From: a virus | Lineage: Duplodnaviria > Heunggongvirae > Uroviricota > Caudoviricetes | Virus record (IMG/VR): IMGVR_UViG_3300029957_000005 | Coordinates: 64,001 to 128,000 of that record | Length of the DNA: 64,000 bases | Direction: 5' to 3' (one strand) | Shown here: positions 63,625 to 64,000 of the stretch, piece after piece | How positions within the stretch are numbered: the first letter of the stretch is position 1 | How the letters are laid out: each line of letters starts with the position of its first letter | Position numbers and translations under genes: made by a program | The notes under the pieces: model-generated | Told to the model about the DNA's origin: nothing | The model's database searches: none | What the model saw: the letters and a program-made list of their open reading frames with translations, nothing else

Positions 63625-63716
63625 TGGCGGAAGGCATCGGTCTCGATCCGAACACCTCTTCCCGAGGTGCGATACGCTTAGCAGGCGGTCCCGGAGCCCC
63701 GTCCGGTTTACCTTCC
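63625..63716 (-). tRNA. trnS: tRNA-Ser(GCT)
   Basis: GGAAGGT acceptor, CTGCTAA loop, long variable arm CACCTC/GAGGTG, G73, encoded CCA. Confidence 0.82.
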
Positions 63717-63998
63717 TTTTGTCTTCTTGGTCACAGCCTTGGCACGATACACGGGCTTCCTGACCATCACGGTCTCACGTCTGATGGTTCCATCTCCACA
63801 GGAGCAGGGAACCCAACCCTCGGAACGATGCGCATCAGCGGACTCCAGATATGATCCGGTTCCTCCGCAGACTCCGCAGGATCTCCACTTGGATTTCGGG
63901 AGTTCGCGTGTCTCATAGAGGGCAGGCTTTATCATCACTGGTCTTTCGTAGACCGATCTCTTCACCATGGTGGCGAATATCTTCCAATCCTGCTTCAT
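63708..63998 (-). CDS. Zn-finger protein (CxxCxGxG / CxCxxG, DnaJ-type)
   Basis: CGVCGGTG...VPCSCGDG; may extend beyond the window. Confidence 0.55.
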   Translation of the reverse strand: MKQDWKIFATMVKRSVYERPVMIKPALYETRELPKSKWRSCGVCGGTGSYLESADAHRSEGWVPCSCGDGTIRRETVMVRKPVYRAKAVTKKTKGR

Positions 63999-64000
63999 AA

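Noticed and set aside
63298-63854. Track ORFs 63298-63681, 63346-63594, 63494-63763, 63609-63854
   Set aside because: Overlap two tRNAs; the credible CDS here is the 55-aa ORF 63288-63455
1-64000. smpB, integrase, transposase, rRNA, holin or classical endolysin
   Set aside because: None recognised in this window; they may lie elsewhere in the genome
1-64000. Alternative genetic code or stop-codon recoding
   Set aside because: All core genes translate full-length with the standard code, and TAA, TAG and TGA all end genes

Overview
64 kb window of a large T4-like (Tevenvirinae-style gene set) myophage, most likely infecting an alphaproteobacterium (inferred from the permuted tmRNA, its ANDN...ALAA tag and a GTA-type head-spike pair). 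Layout: 0.2-9.1 kb minus-strand late block (tail-fibre chaperones, 1172-aa fibre, split gp5, spanins); 9-19.2 kb minus-strand accessory block (glycosyltransferase, acetyltransferase, RNA ligase 1, separate 3'-phosphatase and 5'-kinase, HD hydrolase, DNA ligase); a ~520-bp repeat-containing non-coding divergence; 19.7-47.3 kb plus-strand morphogenesis cluster (gp48, 53, hub, 4, 25, 6, 7, 8, 1723-aa virion protein, 13, 14, 9-like, 15, Acb1-like 2H protein, 16-23); 47.3-64 kb minus-strand hypervariable small-ORF region with a plus-strand head-spike island, RlpA, NADAR, ATP-grasp and an ADP-ribosyltransferase-like ORF. The strongest result read from the raw sequence, and absent from the ORF track, is a complete circularly permuted (two-piece) tmRNA at ~61400-61750 (minus), with an unexplained ~160-nt structured element upstream and two atypical tRNAs (Gly-GCC, Ser-GCT) about 2 kb away. 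Two promoter classes are visible: early TTTAC(A/T)-N16/17-TA(G/T)RNT (14 copies, all minus strand) and late ATANATA (15 copies, about half only 4-7 nt before an ATG, suggesting leaderless late mRNAs). All protein-family calls are from motif recognition by eye; no database search was run.
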